Shown one piece after another: positions 15,801-34,160 of a DNA stretch of 64,000 nucleotides. Each line of letters opens with the position of its first letter. Position 1 is the first letter of the stretch. This stretch comes from Felis catus. Lineage: Eukaryota. A program made the position numbers and the translations under genes. The notes under the pieces are model-generated. The model did no database searches. It worked only from the letters and a program-made list of their open reading frames with translations, and was not told the DNA's origin. The stretch spans positions 7,192,001 through 7,256,000 of the forward strand of contig NC_058382.1 in NCBI RefSeq assembly GCF_018350175.1, given 5' to 3'.

Positions 15801-16025
15801 TTTTTTTTTTAATTTTTTTAAATGTTTATTTATTTTTGACACAGAGAGAGACAGAGCATGAGCGGCGGAGGGGCAGAGAGAGAGACACACACACAGAATC
15901 TGAAGCAGGCTCCAGGCTCTGAGCTGTCAGCACAGAGCCTGATGCGGGGCTCGAACTCACAGACTGCGAGATCATGACCTGAGCCAAAGTCGGACACGCA
16001 ACTGACTGAGCCACCCAGGCGCCCC
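15801..16025 (-). mobile_element. Can-SINE
   Basis: TSD aaataaaagt(c)agttt. Confidence 0.9.
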
Positions 16026-16099
16026 AAAATAAAAGTAGTTTAGATCAAAGATTACTTTAATCTGATTTCCAAACTTATACTCCCTGCTGTGATGGTTCA

Positions 16100-16296
16100 G
16101 TACTGGATTTTATTGTTTCGCAGGTGCACATTCCTTCACATGTTTAACAATTCTGAAATGGGAAGCATCTTACAACCAGTAGTGTCTTAGCATTGTATCA
16201 TGATTTAATCGACATAGTCTTTCTCTATTTCAGAGGTATGCAAAGTAATAGTGCAAATACAATCACCAACATCTTAAATTGGATGAAGTAGGGTAC
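16100..16296. mobile_element. Tc2-type MITE (MER104/Kanga-like)
   Basis: Degenerate TIRs tactggattttattg... / ...catcttaaattggatgaagtagggta. Confidence 0.5.
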
Positions 16297-16335
16297 ACGG
16301 AAGGTGGGTGTAGGTGAGGAGTCGGGTTGAGGTAC

Positions 16336-16565
16336 TTTTTTTTTTTTTAACATTTTTTTTTTCAACGTTTATTTATTTTTCGGACAGAGAGAGACAGAGC
16401 ATGAACGGGGGAGGGGCAGAGAGAGAGGGAGACACAGAATCGGAAACAGGCTCCAGGCTCTGAGCCATCAGCCCAGAGCCTGACGCGGGGCTCGAACTCC
16501 CGGACCGCGAGATCGTGACCTGGCTGAAGTCGGACGCTTAACCGACTGCGCCACCCAGGCGCCCC
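16336..16565 (-). mobile_element. SINEC_Fc (young)
   Basis: TSD tgaggtactttt; near consensus. Confidence 0.93.
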
Positions 16566-16572
16566 TGAGGTA

Positions 16573-16671
16573 CTTTTTTTAAAGTAGGCTCTATGCCCAA
16601 CATGGGGCTTGATCTCAAGACCCCGAGATCAAGGGTCACATGCTTTACCGACTGAGCCAACCGAGTGCCCC
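16573..16671 (-). mobile_element. Short carnivore tRNA-SINE
   Basis: gagatcaagggtcacatgctttaccgactgagcc. Confidence 0.75.
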
Positions 16672-16789
16672 AGGGTCGAGGCATTAAATACGTGATCTTA
16701 TTCCACCAAACACTGTGTTAATCATCTGTTGGTGTTGCTGTTTGTTCATCTAGTTTATTGCCTCTAACTGCCACAGAGTCTTCTCCACC

Positions 16790-17000
16790 TGTGCAGTCCA
16801 ATATGGCAGCCATTAGCCACATGTGGTCATTTAATTTTTAAATTAAAATGAGCTAAATTCAATACACGTTAAGATTCCACTCATTAGCTGCTCTTGCCAC
16901 ATTTCTGGTGCTCAGTAACCTGGTGGCTAGTGGCTGCCACAATTGGGCAGCTCAGATAAGTAGAATATTTCCATCATCACAAGAAGGTCTATTGGAGAGC
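16790..17000 (-). mobile_element. MER3-like hAT-Charlie
   Basis: tgtgcagtccaatatggcagccattagccacatgtgg...ctattggagagc. Confidence 0.7.
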
Positions 17001-17002
17001 AC

Positions 17003-17165
17003 CATTTGCTTCTCAAAGTGTGGTCCAGGAAACAGCAGCATCAGAATTACCTGGAGCTTTTGTGATGTCAGAGTCTTGGGCCCCAGTCCAGACCAAATGA
17101 ACCAGGATCTGCATTTTAACAGGATCCCCAGGGACAGAATGCATCTGAAAGCCTGAGAAGCACCA
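17003..17165. mobile_element. MER5A-like hAT-Charlie
   Basis: cttctcaaagtgtggtcc...ctgcattttaacaggatcccca...gagaagcac. Confidence 0.75.
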
Positions 17166-17192
17166 TGGCATGCACACAACATGGTTAAAAAA

Positions 17193-17410
17193 ATTTTAAA
17201 TATTTATTTATTTTTAAGAGACAGAGACGGAGTGCTAGTGGGGAAGGGGCAGAGAGAGATTGAGAGAGAGAGAGAGAGAGAGATACAGAATCCAAAGCAG
17301 GCTCCAGGCTCTGAGCTGTGACCTGGGGTTTGAACCCACCAGCCGTGAAATCATGACCTGAGCCTGAGCCAAAGTCGGATGCTTAACCGACTGAGCCACT
17401 CAGGAGCCCC
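17193..17410 (-). mobile_element. Can-SINE
   Basis: Full structure. Confidence 0.88.
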
Positions 17411-17798
17411 AAGAGGCCCACTCTTAATCAATGTCACCAGGTACTAGCAGGTTTTTGCCCAGATAGAAGGATTCCCATCTCCCTACACCCTCAGCAGTGC
17501 CTGCATTTCGTTCATTAGTCCAGCAAAGATTCATTGAGTTTTATTATACCCCAGGTACTGTTTTAAAACAAAACAGATAAACACCTCTGCCCCCAGGGAA
17601 CTCACTTCTAAAGGAGAGGCAGATAGGAAATAAATGAATAAGTAAATACATAAAGCATTACAGATGGGAGTGAGTGCCTTGGATAAAAGTAAAGCAGAGT
17701 AAGGGAATAGAAAATGTCAGAGGAGGGTTACGATTTTCAGCAGGTGTTACACAACAAAGGGTTAACTCTGTCCACAACCTGCACAGAAAGAAAGGCTT

Positions 17799-18020
17799 GC
17801 AAGCCTCTTGGTGGCTCAGTCGGTTAAGCATCTGACACTTGCTTTCGGCTCAGGTCACGATCTCTCAGTTTGTGGGTTCAAGCCCTGCATCGGGCTCTGC
17901 CCCTGACAGTGCAGAGCCTGCTTGGGATTCTGTCTCCCTCTCTCTCTGCTCCTCCCCTGCTCTCTGTCTCTCAAAAATAAATAAACTAAAAACAAATTTT
18001 TTTAATTTAAAAAAAAAAAA
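17799..18020 (+). mobile_element. Can-SINE
   Basis: Full structure. Confidence 0.88.
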
Positions 18021-18126
18021 GAAAGTTTTGCGTTAGTGTGTTTTTTTTGCCTGGTAACGGTGTCTTTGTTTACCTGGGGGCCTTGGTTGTGCCACATAGT
18101 CTATCCTAATAAAAATGACAAGGTAG

Positions 18127-18353
18127 AGGGTGTCTCAGTGGTTCAGTCGATTAAGCATCTGACTCTTGATTTCAGCTCAGGTCATGATCTCACGGCTTCG
18201 TGGGTTAGAGCCCAAGGCTTCGTGGGCTCTTCGCTGACAGCATGGAGCCTGCTTGGGATTCCCTCTCTTCTTCTCTCTGCCCCTCCCCCACCTGTGCTGT
18301 CTCTTTCAAAATAAATAAATAAACTTTTTAAAAAAACTAAAAAAAAAAAAAAA
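18127..18353 (+). mobile_element. Can-SINE
   Basis: Full structure. Confidence 0.88.
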
Positions 18354-18354
18354 C

Positions 18355-18960
18355 ATGACATGGTAGAGGCCTTGGGGCAGTTTGACCTCTGCAGGGGCTG
18401 GAGACTAAGGTCAGCTATGCAAGCAGAAGGCCATGTGCCCATGTAACTGACCCCAAATAAAAGCCCTGGACACCAGGGGCGCCTGGGTGGCTCGGTCGGT
18501 GAAGCGTCCGACTTCGGTTCAGGTCATGATCTCATGGTCTGTGAGTTCGGGCCCCGCGTCGGGCTCTGGGCTGATGGCTCGGAGCCTGGAGCCTGCTTCC
18601 GATTCTGTGTCTCCCTCTCTCTCTGCTCCTCCCCTGTTCATGCTCTGCCTCTCTCTGTCTCAAAAATAAATAAACGTTAAAAAAAAAAGAAAGCCGTGGA
18701 CACCAAAGCTTAGGGGAGGTTCTGTGGTTGACAGTACTCTGTGCGTGCTGTCACACATCGCTGCTGGGAGAAACAGGCAGTGTCTGCACAGCTCCACTGA
18801 GAGAGGACGTCCAGAAGCTTGTGCCTGGGCCTCTCTTGGACTCTGCCTTGTGCACCATTTCCCCCTGCTTATTTTATGCTACACTTTTACTTGTAATAAA
18901 CTGAAACCACAGTATAGCAGCTTCCTTGGGTTCTGTGAGTCCTAGTGATTCGTTGAACCT
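18355..18960 (+). mobile_element. MER21-like ERV LTR fragment containing a SINE
   Basis: ggagactaaggtcagc...ccctggacacc...gtgctgtcacacatcgctgctggg...gtaataaac...gttctgtgagtcc. Confidence 0.7.
18476..18690 (+). mobile_element. Can-SINE in the LTR
   Basis: TSD aaagcc(c/g)tggacacca. Confidence 0.92.
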
Positions 18961-19094
18961 GTCCTGGGAATTGTGAGTCCTTCTAGTGATTCGTTGAACC
19001 TGTCCTGGGAATTGTGAGTCCTTCTAGTCATTCGTTGAAACTGCCCTGGGAATTGTGAGTCCTTCTAGTCATTCGTTGAACCTGTCCTGGGAAT
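18934..19094 (+). repeat. 41-bp minisatellite, 4 copies
   Basis: tgtgagtccttctagt(g/c)attcgttgaacctgtcctgggaat at 18934, 18972, 19013, 19054. Confidence 0.95.
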
Positions 19095-19149
19095 TCCCAA
19101 CTATGGTGGCCAGGAAAGTCTTCAAAGAGAGAATGAAAAGAATCGATGA

Positions 19150-19380
19150 GGGGCGCCTGGGTGGCTCGGTCGGTGAAGCGTCCGACTTCGGCTCGGTCAT
19201 GATCTCACGGTCCGTGAGTTCAAGCCCCGCGTCAGGCTCTGTGCTGACGGCTCAGAGCCTGGAGCCTGTTTCAGATTCTGTGTCTCCCTCTCTCTCCGCC
19301 CCTCCCCTGTTCATTCTCTGTGTCTCTGTCTCAAAAATAAATAAACGTTAAAAAAAAAAAATTAAAAAAAAAAAAAAAAA
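19150..19380 (+). mobile_element. Can-SINE
   Basis: TSD aaaagaat(c/a)gatgag. Confidence 0.92.
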
Positions 19381-19399
19381 GAATAGATGAGACCAGACA

Positions 19400-20420
19400 T
19401 CTGGCTTGGAAAAGTCCTCCTGTCGGGGGAACAGCAGGTTCTGAGCGTGAGCCTGGCATCAGAAGGGCGGGAAAGAGGGGAGGGTCAATGATGTCAGAGG
19501 ACCACTGGGGCCAGATGGTGTAGAGGCTTGTCAGCCACCATAAGGACATGGGACATTCACTCTGAGTGAGCTGGGGGCATTGCAGGGTTTTGAGAAGAGG
19601 AGTGATCTGTTCCAACTTACATTTTCTTAAAAGGTCACTCTGGCTGCCACGTCAAAAACAGAGTGAAGGTGGACAGGCCAGAAACAGGGAGACCAGGTAG
19701 AAAATTTGCAATAACCCCGGGTGAGAGATGATGGCGGCTGGGAGGTGCCAGGTGGCAAGGGTGGAAGGTGTTGAGAAACGGTCAGATCGGGGATCTATTT
19801 CGAAGGCAGAGCCGACAGGGTTTGGTAACAAAATGGACATGTGATGTAGGGGCAGGAATCCAAAAGGGAGATGAAGGTTTTTTTCACTGCTGAGGACTGG
19901 AAGGAAGGAGGGACCACCAGTGGAGAAGATCAAGACTCTGCGAGAGGAGCCTGTTTGGACCTGGAGAGCTGCTGAGAGCCCCGGGTTTGGTTTCGGACAC
20001 GCAGATGTGGGGCAGGCAGTTGGATGTCAAGTTGAGAGTTCAGGAGAAACATCTGGCTGGAGACGTAAATTTGGGAGTCGTCAGCAGGTAGATGGCACGG
20101 AAAGCCACGAGGCCAGATGAGATCACCGAGGGAGTGAGTGTAGACTGAGGAGAGGACAGGACCAAGTGCCCAGCCCTGAGGTGCTCCGCCATGTAGAGAC
20201 GGGCCAGGAGAAAGCAGCACCAGACACGGATGAGGAGCAGCCAGCGAACAATGAGGAAGACCAGGAGAGTATAGTGTCCCAGAAGCCAAGGAAAAAACAA
20301 AATCTCTGAAGGAACAGAGTGATCCACTTGTTAAACGCTGCTGATAGCTCAAGTAAGATGGGTTCAGCAACATTGAGGTTTTTGGTGCCATGGAGCGGGC
20401 TTGAGAGAGACTAGGAGGAC
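19400..20420 (-). mobile_element. L2 LINE fragment including an ORF2 reverse-transcriptase remnant
   Basis: Minus-strand translation [24 protein letters not shown]...[13 protein letters not shown] matches the L2/CR1 RT GVPQGS...YADD region. Confidence 0.85.
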
Positions 20421-20930
20421 AGGAGTTGCAGACAGTGAGTGCAGGAGAATTGCAGTCAAGGGGAGAAAAAAAATGGGCCAAAAAAAAAAAAATTGGGGCC
20501 AGAATGCTCAAGGAGAGCATGAAGGTTTGAGAGGTTTGGTTTTTGTTCCAACTCTTTTAATGGAACAAGGGAGCAACTGTATGTAATATGTTCGTATGTT
20601 CGTATGTGCAGCAGAGAAATGCTGGCTGCACAATGTTCCCAGGGAGGTGAGAAGGGACGGGAGGTGAGAAGGGACTTGTGCCTCCACCCCAGGCACAAGT
20701 GGAGGGGTCTGTCTTAGAGGGAGGTGCAGGCTGTTCACCTACAGAAATAGGAGAGGAGGCAGAGGATGTGGGCGCAGACACAGGTAGGTGGCAAGAGTGA
20801 CCTTTCTAGTTTTCGCTATTCTGATGGGTGAAAAGTGGTTTGCTGTTGCTGCACGGCAAAGATGATGACTGGGACCGACATCCTTAACAACATGGACCCA
20901 GATACAGAGAATAAGTTGTGCGTCTCGACA

Positions 20931-21160
20931 TTTTTTTTAAAGTTTATTGATTTATTGAGAGAGAGAGAGTGTGTGAGCGAGCGTGCACAAGCACGGTGGC
21001 CGGGGAGGGCAGAGATAAAGGGAAGAGAGAGAATCCCAAGCAGGCTCTGCATTATCAGCGCAAAGCCCAATGTGGGGCTCGAACTCATGAGCCAGGAGAC
21101 CATGACCTGAGTTGAGATTAAGAGTCAGACGCTGAACCCACTGAGCCACCCAGGTGCCCC
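20931..21160 (-). mobile_element. Can-SINE
   Basis: Full structure. Confidence 0.88.
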
Positions 21161-22272
21161 TCCATCTCGATGCCTTTGTTTCTCTCTCTCTGCATTTCCT
21201 CTGTTCTCTCCTACCCACCCTGTCTTTCTATCTCTGTGTATTTTATCCCTTTGTATCTTTCTCTGTCTCCCCCTCCCTTCACGTTTGCATTGGGGCCTCT
21301 CCTCTGAGCCTGGGTGTGGGGCCAACTTTCTCATCCCAGCCAGCCAGCACTTCCAACCAGAACTTCCAGTCCTTGCTTGACAAAGAACCCCATGTTGAAG
21401 CCAAGCTAGGGTGGGGCCTCTGGAAACCTCAGGCTACCTCCATTTCCAGCTTTACTTAATTAACAAGCACATTTGTGTCCCTTGGTCTCTGTCAGGCTCT
21501 CATCTAAGCCACCTTCAAATATTAACTCATTTAACCCTCCTCTTTGAGGTATGTGCTGTTGATAGCGCCATTTTGCAAATGGGGACAACGAGTGGCCATG
21601 TCACTTGGCCACTTGGACTCACATCATTTGCGTCTCAACTCTGAACCACTAAGGCCACTGTCTCTTTTTCTAGTCCTTTCTCCAGCCCTGCCTTCTGACA
21701 GGGAAAAGACCCTGATTTATGAGACAGTACAGCTGGATTTGGTCTAGTTCTGGGACTTTCAGCAGCTCACTGCCCTCCATGGGCTCCAGTTGTCTTATTG
21801 ATCATGTGAGGGGATGGAATGCACCCAACTCTTGGTGGGTCTATGACTTCACTTCAACATGAGTCAGCAACCTAAGTCCTGGCCAATCATAAACCCTAAT
21901 ATCAGCATTGACCTGGTACTCACCCCTAAGCAAATACCAAAGCCAGCCACCCCTACTCCAGGATCCAGCCCTTCCCAAGTGAGAAAGCCTTTGCTGGAAG
22001 TGTGGACCCAGGCCACAAGAGGGCATAGGTACCCGGACTTCCCACACAAGAGTGTCAGTCACCTCACTTAACCTGCATCCTCCTTCCTCCCGCATCCTCC
22101 CTCCACTCAACCTGAACCCAACACTACTCCAAAAGAGTGAACTCAGGACCCACTCTGGGTCCAGCCTTGTGAGGTAAGGGAATTTCAAGGTGGGGAAAGA
22201 CAATACTCTTTCTGTCACCTTGAGAGAAGCTCACAGCTATGAGCCGGTCCATTCCCATCAAAACCGTAGTAA

Positions 22273-22500
22273 GGGGAGTTTGGGTGGCTCAGTCGGGTAA
22301 GCGTCCGACTTCGGCTCAGGTCATGATCCCATGGTTCGTGAGTTCGAGCTCTGCGTCGGGCTCTGTGCTGACAGCTCAGAGCCTGACAGCTCAGAGCCTG
22401 GAGCCTGCTTCAGATTCTGTGTCTCCCCCTCTTTGCACCCCTCCCCCACTCATGCTCTGTCTCTCCTCTCTCAAAAATAAATAAACATTAAAAAACAAAA
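22273..22500 (+). mobile_element. Can-SINE with an internal 15-bp duplication
   Basis: ctgacagctcagagc x2. Confidence 0.9.
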
Positions 22501-24919
22501 AACCCTACTGCAACACAGACACCTAACCTCACATCTAGTTTTTGTTATCACCATCAACCCACAACACCTGCTCAGCTATATTTCAAAACCTCCCATCCAA
22601 ATCCTCAATCATGGCTCCATCAACATTCTTATCCCCAGAACCCTCCCATCGAGAACTCAGTCCTATCCTCAAAACCAACTAGAACCCCATCCTCACCCTG
22701 TGTTTATTCTCCCCCCAGACCCACTTGCATTCCCAGTGCTGTCATCAGACCCATCCTAAACCTGTCCATGAACTTTTGTTCTCAGTGCAAGGAAAAAATG
22801 TGAAAGACTTTGAGATGAACCCAACAGATGTCTCTGATGGAAAACTAAGTAGGTTATTTGATTTTATGCGGTTTCTGCCTCTATTATTGTCTTTCAGCTA
22901 CTTTACAACTCTGTAAATTATCGACAGCTGATAGAGTTGCAAATCATTCTTGTCTATAACCATAACCGTACAAATGAATTTTGTCAGGTGAAGTACAATT
23001 AATTTCCCTCCCCACCCATGTAGAATAAACCAGTTCTCCATCTATTTATAAATCTATTTCAGTATTCCTTATTGCCTCTACCTGTGTGGGTCTTTGGAAC
23101 ATCTTACTAACTCCATCATTTATTAATGGATCAAAATAAAAACTTTGATGTATGCTTATTTTATATATGTAGGAGAGTCCCGGTTAGATCCCTTTAAAAA
23201 AAAAACGTATCTTTTGTCACTAGATTTGATCCCTATATCCAAATTTAAACCTCTCCAACATGGACTACACCATTTTGATGTGAACCTTCACACTGGCATC
23301 TTAATCCCTTATCCTCATTTTGACACCACTGCTCTCTCTCCCAACTTCATCTGATCCCCATCCCTGGCTTTCTTCCAAATTCTGACCCCACCTCTGCCCT
23401 CCTTAATCCTTAATCCTGCCCCCTCCACCCCCTAGGATTAATTCATGGCCCCACCCAGTCACAGTTCCAAGAGACACCTACTCATTCCCAAAACACCACC
23501 TCTTCCTCCTTCCTCTTCCCCATCACCCTGGCCCCCAGAGCTTTCCGATTCCTGCTTCTCCCTCTCCACCTACATCCCATGGACTCCCTCACCCCAACTG
23601 GCCCTGCTCCTTAAAGGCCATTTACCCAAACAAAATATTGCTCTTCCGGGCCCCATCCAAGTCCAGTCCAGTCCAGTTGACTTTCTAAGCCACCTATCTG
23701 AAGATTCCCTTCTGGTGCCTGATGGTTTTGGGGGTGGGGATGGGGGTGGGGGTGGGGGAAGGCCAATGGTGGAATTTAGGCATCTCCGTGTTGGTGCTGG
23801 AGATGAAGTTGGGAACTGGAATTTGGATGTGTTGGGTTTGAGGCCCGGATAAACTTGAGATAAGGCTGTTGATGGGGTTGTGTTTGGGGGATAGGCTGAC
23901 TGTAAGGGGTATGGTTAAAATTAGGGAGATAGGAATAGGGTGGAAAATGGCCATCTGGGAGCTGATGGATGTAAGGATGTGCACAGGGGTTGGAGAGATT
24001 AGAAAGCGGGATGGAAAATGGATTGGTGTTAGGGAGGGCCATGGGGATTTAGGGTGGGTTTGAGGAAGGAAATAGCTTTCCCCTTCCCTCTAAGTGAGTC
24101 CTGCTGCCTCCAAGTTCACAGTGGGTTCAAATGGGGCCTGGGTGGGGCCAGATCTGGGTCCCAGCTCGTCCTGGAGCTCCGCCCCAAGCGGAAGGGCCAA
24201 ACCCAGGCTGGGGGGTGCCAGGCAGCAGCCTACTGAGCCTTTGGGGGTGGAGAGGGGGAGGTCAGCAACAGGGAAATGCTGAGGGCGCTGGGGGAGGGAA
24301 TTCAGGGGTTAAAAAGCCATGGGTCCAGGCTGAAGTTGGAAGCAGCTGGCGGCGAAGTTCTGCACCCGGGCCTCTCACAGAGGTAGGGTCCGCCTGGGGC
24401 AGGGGCGGGAGCATCAGAGGGGAGGAGTGGGGAGAGGAGGGAGATGTGAGCTGGGAAAGGAAGAGAGGGAGAACAGCTGAGTCAGGGAGATGGGGCGGGA
24501 AGCCAGGGGTTCAGTTACAGAGGTACAGATCTGCAGAGCAGGGGAGGGTGAAGCACGCTGAAAGATAAGCTGCTTGAGGCCAGGTGCCCGGGACGACCCT
24601 GAGAGGGGAGCAAGGGGTCAGAGAGCGGCGGGAGCGGGTACTGAGGCCCCCAGCTCGCTGGAGGGCACGGATGCACGCTGTGCACGCCCCCCTGCCCCTC
24701 TCGCCTCCTTACTGGGCTCCCCACCGAGGATGGAATTTGGGACGGGGGGTGCAGATTCCAGGCCCAAGACTCTTAATGAAGGAGAGATTTTAGACTGGAA
24801 AGTGCAGGCGCACAGGTGGGGAGGAGGGACGGCCAGAGACGGGGGTTCGAGCCAGCCCTTAACACCTCCCCCACAACTTCTCAGGCCCCGCCCGCCCTGC
24901 TCCCCACCCCGGAGCCGCC

Positions 24920-31579
<6,660 letters not shown>

Positions 31580-32616
31580 AAGCTGGGTTGGCTCACCTGC
31601 CTCCTTCCTCCCTCCCTCCCTCCCTCTGCACCCTCCTCACTCCATTGGCCCAGCCCTTCTCTGCCCCTCCCAAAGTTCCACTTGAACCAGTGATCCGTAT
31701 TCTCAGAACCTCTGATCCCAGCCGACATTTCGTGTTTCAGAAGCATTCAGTCACTTCCAATATCATGGTCTCCCACATACTGCATCCTGAAATACCTCAG
31801 TACCCTCAGCATCCCAACCCAATGTTCCAGGACTCCCACTGTTTCAACAGAATCCCAGATAGCCATCTGAATGTTCTGTCTGTGGAATACCCTTAAATAC
31901 ATTCATTGACTCATCTCAACAATACTCTATGTCCCATGAATGGAACTTCCTTGATATCGTGCCAAACCCCTTCACATATTTCCTGACTACCAACATTCTA
32001 GACACTTCTGTGTTTGGTGCCCAAGAAGGTTCTAGACTTCTGCGACATTTCATCTTGAAAATATTCTCTTGGACTCAGAATCTTCTGCCCCAACAATTTT
32101 CTAGGCATATCTGAATGATTAATCATAGCACAGCTAATATTGGATCCTCATAATGGTTCGTTCTCACCTAGTTTTGGGTCTCCCAAATGTCCCATCCCTA
32201 CCTACATCCCATATTTTGCCAGTATCCCCTGTCTCTGAATCCCCTTGCTCACGAAAGATCAACAGCACACTAGACTAGAGTTTTGGGGTTCAGGGCCCTG
32301 AGGGGCTTCCACACCTGGACCCTGTTTTCTGCCAGGTATCGTCCTTTCATCTCCCCCACAAGCATCTTCACCCTCAGTGACCCCAATACGCAGTGGTTAA
32401 ATGCCCAAGTCACCGAGTCCCTGATTTGAGCAAGTCTTGAAACTCACTGCCTCTCTGTTCTTTTGTCTGTAAATGGGGCTTCTCATTTTTCCTCCTAACA
32501 TTGTTATTATAAACTTCAAGCACTTCCACTATGATTCTTTGCCTGGTTCCCTATCAAATATCACCTTAGGGTGTCAACAACCCCCAGATTTGCAGGGTCC
32601 AAAAACTGTTGCATTT

Positions 32617-32712
32617 GGGGCTCCTGGCTGGCTCCAGTTAGCAGAGCATGTGACTCTTAATCTCAGGGTCCTGAGTTCAAGCCCCACATTGGGTGTCGAG
32701 CTTACTTAAAAC
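32617..32712 (+). mobile_element. Short carnivore tRNA-SINE
   Basis: gagcatgtgactcttaatctcagggtcctgagttcaagcc. Confidence 0.78.
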
Positions 32713-32997
32713 AGCAGCAACGACAGAAAGTGTTGCATTCGGGGACTTTTTTCAGCATTTATCCAGTGCTGACCATGTGCAGGCATTCTCTTGGGTGTTG
32801 GTAAATACAGCTTTATTTATTTAACACATACTGGTACTTCTCAGAAGCCAGGCACTGTTGCAGACATAGCTGATAAAGCAGTGAATTAGGTAAAACTTCT
32901 GCCCTGTAGAGCTTGCATTCTTTGCAGAGAGACTAAATAAATAGGGAGATAGATGGACAAGTGGCAATGTAAACCATGGCAAAAATGAAGCAGAGAT

Positions 32998-33225
32998 GGA
33001 GCTCCTGGGTGGCTCAATTGGTTGAGCGTCCGACTTCGGCTCAGGTTACGATCTCGCGGTATGTGAGTTCGAGCCCCATGTCGGGCTCTGTGCTGACTGC
33101 TCAGAGCCTGGAACCTGTTTCGGGTTCTGTGTCTCCCTCTCTCTCTGCCCCTCCCCCGTTCATGCTCTGTCTCTCTCTGTCTCAAAAATGAATAAAACGT
33201 TAAAAAAAAATTTAAAAAAAACTAA
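32998..33225 (+). mobile_element. Can-SINE
   Basis: Full structure. Confidence 0.9.
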
Positions 33226-33451
33226 AGAAAACGCTATGCAATGTTTTGCACATAAAGTGATACACAATTTGTAAGAAAGTATACCAACAAAAAAATATAC
33301 ACGACGTTGTGAATGTACTGAATGCCACTGAACTGGACACCTTAAATGGTGAATGGTTATATGTGAATTCAACCTTTATCTTTTTAATTAAAAAAAAAAC
33401 TTTTAAATTTTATTTATGTGAATCTCCCCATAGTCTTCAAAAGCTATGCGA

Positions 33452-33680
33452 GGGTGCCTGGGTGGCTCAGCCAGCTGAGCATCCGACTTTGGCTCAGGTC
33501 AAGATCTCGTGGTTCGTGGGTTCGAGCCCTGTATCAGGCTCTGCGATGACAGCTTGGAGTCTGGAGCTTGCTTGGGATTCTGTGTGTGTGTGTGTCTCTC
33601 TCTGCCCCTCCCCCACTTGTGACTTCTCTCTCTCTCTGGCTCTCTCTCTCTCTCAAAAATAAATAAACACGTTTAAAAAA
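33452..33680 (+). mobile_element. Can-SINE
   Basis: TSD aaaagctatgcga. Confidence 0.9.
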
Positions 33681-33982
33681 AGCTATGCGATAATAAATGC
33701 AATAGCAGAAGGCACACATTAATAAAGGTAGCAAAGGATACACAAGAGCAAAAGATAGTAGCAGTAGATACACAACAAATAACAATAGCGAAGGATATAC
33801 TGTAACAAAGATAATAGCAGATACACAAGGGTAAGGACAAGAGCGGAAGGGGAGGGAGACAGAGAATAAGCCAGTAAGGAAAACAAAAGAGGGACTTGTA
33901 CAGATCACTCACAGCATTGTGCCACCAACGGATTCAAGTCTCCCCACCTGAGGCTTTAGAACTATCTAAATATATTAATGGC

Positions 33983-34160
33983 TTTTTTGAATGTTCCTTT
34001 ATTTATTTTTGAGAGAGAAAGAAAGAGGGAGAATACCAACCAGGCTCTGCACGGTCAGCCCAGAGCCCGATGCGGGGCTCGAACCCATGAACCGTGAGAT
34101 CATGACCTGAGCCAAAACCAAGAGCTGGACGCTTAATTGACTGAGCTACCCAGGCGTCCC
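33983..34160 (-). mobile_element. Can-SINE
   Basis: Head and body. Confidence 0.85.

Noticed and set aside
18934-19094. Regular 41-bp repeats resembling a CRISPR array
   Set aside because: Head-to-tail units without unique spacers in eukaryotic DNA; it is a minisatellite
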